NCBI GenBank assembly: GCA_965226375.1
Contig: CBDDCX010000008.1
Span: 2,144,001-2,208,000, forward strand
DNA: 64,000 bases
Direction of reading: 5' to 3'
DNA from: Longimicrobiales bacterium
GTDB taxonomy: Bacteria > Gemmatimonadota > Gemmatimonadetes > Longimicrobiales > Gaopeijiaceae
Shown here: positions 62,455 through 64,000 of the stretch, in pieces
Layout of the letters: the number at the start of each line of letters is the position of its first letter
How positions within the stretch are numbered: position 1 is the first letter of the stretch
Program-made: the position numbers and the translations under genes
The notes under the pieces: model-generated
The model's database searches: none
Told to the model about the DNA's origin: nothing
Seen by the model: only the letters and a program-made list of their open reading frames with translations

Positions 62455-63198
62455 TCAAACCGCACCGGACTCGGCAAGCAGCGGGTGGGGCAGCGGGGGG
62501 GCACCCGACTGCCAGCCCCGGGGCCGCTCCAGCTTCCTCTCGAGCCTTCGTGCGTAGAGGTTGAGCGGGTAGCAGATGATGAAATATAGAACGAGCAGTG
62601 ACCCGAAGCTCAGGATGGGCGAGAACCCCCTCTGGTCCAGGACCTTCGCGGCGTAGGTCAGCTCGAAAACGGAGATTTGCGAGGCGATCGACGTCGCCTT
62701 GATGAGGCCGACCGTGAAGCTCAGTGCCGGCGGCAGAATGACCTTCCAAGACTGTGGCAACGCCCAGAGCTTGAGGCTCATGACGCCGCCCATGTTCATG
62801 GATTCCGCCGCGTCCCACTGACTCTCGGGCAACGCCTCGAGCCCCGCGCGCATGATCTCCGCTGAAAAGGCGGCCGCGGCCAGCGCAACCGTGGTCGCCG
62901 TGACGGTGAACATGGAGACGCTAAGACCGACTACCTCAAAGGCGAAAAAGACCACCATCAGCTTGATCAGAAAGGGAACCCGCCGGAAGGTCTCGCTGAA
63001 CCCGACGGACAGGAGGCGGGCGGGCCACAAGTCAACCACATGGCGGTTACGAATGAAGGCAAGCAGCGAGCCAACGGCGTACCCGACAACGCAGCCGACG
63101 ATCGACAGGCCCACGGTCACGCCAAAGGCCTGGGCCAGAAACGCCATATTGGAATACGACAGGAAGAGTGGCAGCTGCTCCAGGAGGGACCCACCCAT
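62455..63198 (-). CDS. Amino acid ABC transporter permease
   Basis: FRRVP, AEIMRAG..QWDAA and IKATSI motifs. Confidence 0.9.
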   Translation of the reverse strand: MGGSLLEQLPLFLSYSNMAFLAQAFGVTVGLSIVGCVVGYAVGSLLAFIRNRHVVDLWPARLLSVGFSETFRRVPFLIKLMVVFFAFEVVGLSVSMFTVTATTVALAAAAFSAEIMRAGLEALPESQWDAAESMNMGGVMSLKLWALPQSWKVILPPALSFTVGLIKATSIASQISVFELTYAAKVLDQRGFSPILSFGSLLVLYFIICYPLNLYARRLERKLERPRGWQSGAPPLPHPLLAESGAV

Positions 63199-63875
63199 CA
63201 GACGAGCCTCGCCTTGACGCGGAACACATAGCGTCCGATGAGCCACAGCACGGCGCTGGCGATGAAGGTCAACACCACATAGAGGACCGCCGATATCGAG
63301 AAGACCTCGAAGGAGCGGAAGGTCTCGGCGCTGACGTTGTAGGCTCGGCCCGTGAGCTCCTCGAGACCGAAGATCGACGCGATGGAGGTCGTCATCGTCA
63401 GCAGGATGTACTGGTTGCTCAGCGGCGGATAGAGGACTCTGATGATATGGGGCAGAATGACGTACCACGTCATCTGTGTAACGCTCATGCCGAGCGTTTC
63501 CGCCGCCTCGATCTCCGCCTTGCGAACGGACTGGAAGCCGGCGCGCAGGGTTTCCGTCAGGTACCCGCTGACGTTGAGCGTCAATCCCAGCAGCACTGCC
63601 TGGTAGGAAGACAGAAACACACCCATTTCCGGCAGGGCGAAGAACAAGAAGAATATCTGGACCAGGACCGGTGTGTTCATGAAGAAGGCGACGTAGCCGC
63701 TCACCACTGCGCGCAACGCCCGGTTCTTGTTATAGGACAGAACGGTCGCATTGATGGTGGCGATGGTTATCCCACCCACGAAGGCGAGAAACGCCATCTG
63801 GAGCGCGAGCCAAGCTCCCCCGATCAGGTAGCCCGTGAATCCGACGACCTGCCCCCACTGCAGCGTGTAGGCCAC
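63198..63875 (-). CDS. Amino acid ABC transporter permease
   Basis: NTPVLVQ and ETLRAG...EAAETLGMS motifs. Confidence 0.9.
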   Translation of the reverse strand: MAYTLQWGQVVGFTGYLIGGAWLALQMAFLAFVGGITIATINATVLSYNKNRALRAVVSGYVAFFMNTPVLVQIFFLFFALPEMGVFLSSYQAVLLGLTLNVSGYLTETLRAGFQSVRKAEIEAAETLGMSVTQMTWYVILPHIIRVLYPPLSNQYILLTMTTSIASIFGLEELTGRAYNVSAETFRSFEVFSISAVLYVVLTFIASAVLWLIGRYVFRVKARLV

Positions 63876-63896
63876 GTCAGTCCCTGCCGGTCGCCA

Positions 63897-63950
63897 CTAG
63901 TCGGGGGTCCCTCGACGCCACGGTGGCGCGAGCGCGACTACCCCCACTAG
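63897..63950 (-). other. Intercistronic stem-loop after the binding-protein gene
   Basis: CTAGT.GGGGG...CCCCC.ACTAG arms with an inner GC helix. Confidence 0.45.
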
Positions 63951-64000
63951 AAGAACGGGGTGAACGGTACTGGGGTGGCCATCGGCGCGCCGAACCACTC
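63947..64000 (-). CDS. C-terminal end of a probable substrate-binding protein (partial)
   Basis: EWFGAPMATPVPFTPFF*; position upstream of the permeases. Confidence 0.5.
   Translation of the reverse strand, partial: EWFGAPMATPVPFTPFF

Noticed and set aside
30..63950. Numerous long antisense or alternate-frame ORFs in the track
   Set aside because: Shadow ORFs typical of high-GC DNA, overlapping well-supported genes and lacking motifs.
1..64000. Genome-wide UGA reassignment to Trp or Gly
   Set aside because: Many genes end normally at TGA (e.g. 6119, 8022, 25803) and Trp is TGG; only three Cys-position TGAs read through.

Overview
GC-rich bacterial DNA. Gene content (ADOP permeases with PadR, SusC/SusD, DUF5916, ECF sigma/Ser-Thr kinase pair, pilin style) suggests Gemmatimonadota or a similar lineage; this is inference. 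The window holds about 50 accessory genes, two IS elements (IS481-type, and an IS3-type that splits a kinase) and a MITE. Many single-base frameshifts and abrupt mid-gene junctions suggest an error-prone or concatenated assembly. The main hidden signal is three unrelated genes that the ORF track cuts at an in-frame TGA. Each TGA sits where homologues carry a catalytic Cys and is followed by a G-loop hairpin like a bacterial SECIS. They are a peroxiredoxin-like lipoprotein (UxxC), an ArsM-like SAM methyltransferase and a MerB-like organomercurial lyase. Together they look like a selenocysteine-based redox/metal(loid) detoxification set. Other notable items: a highly structured intergenic RNA candidate, tandem PadR operators, a tandem-duplicated SmbP, a secreted MBL-dehydrogenase fusion and a membrane-anchored pilin-like protein. 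Family names come from motif recognition only; no database search was run.
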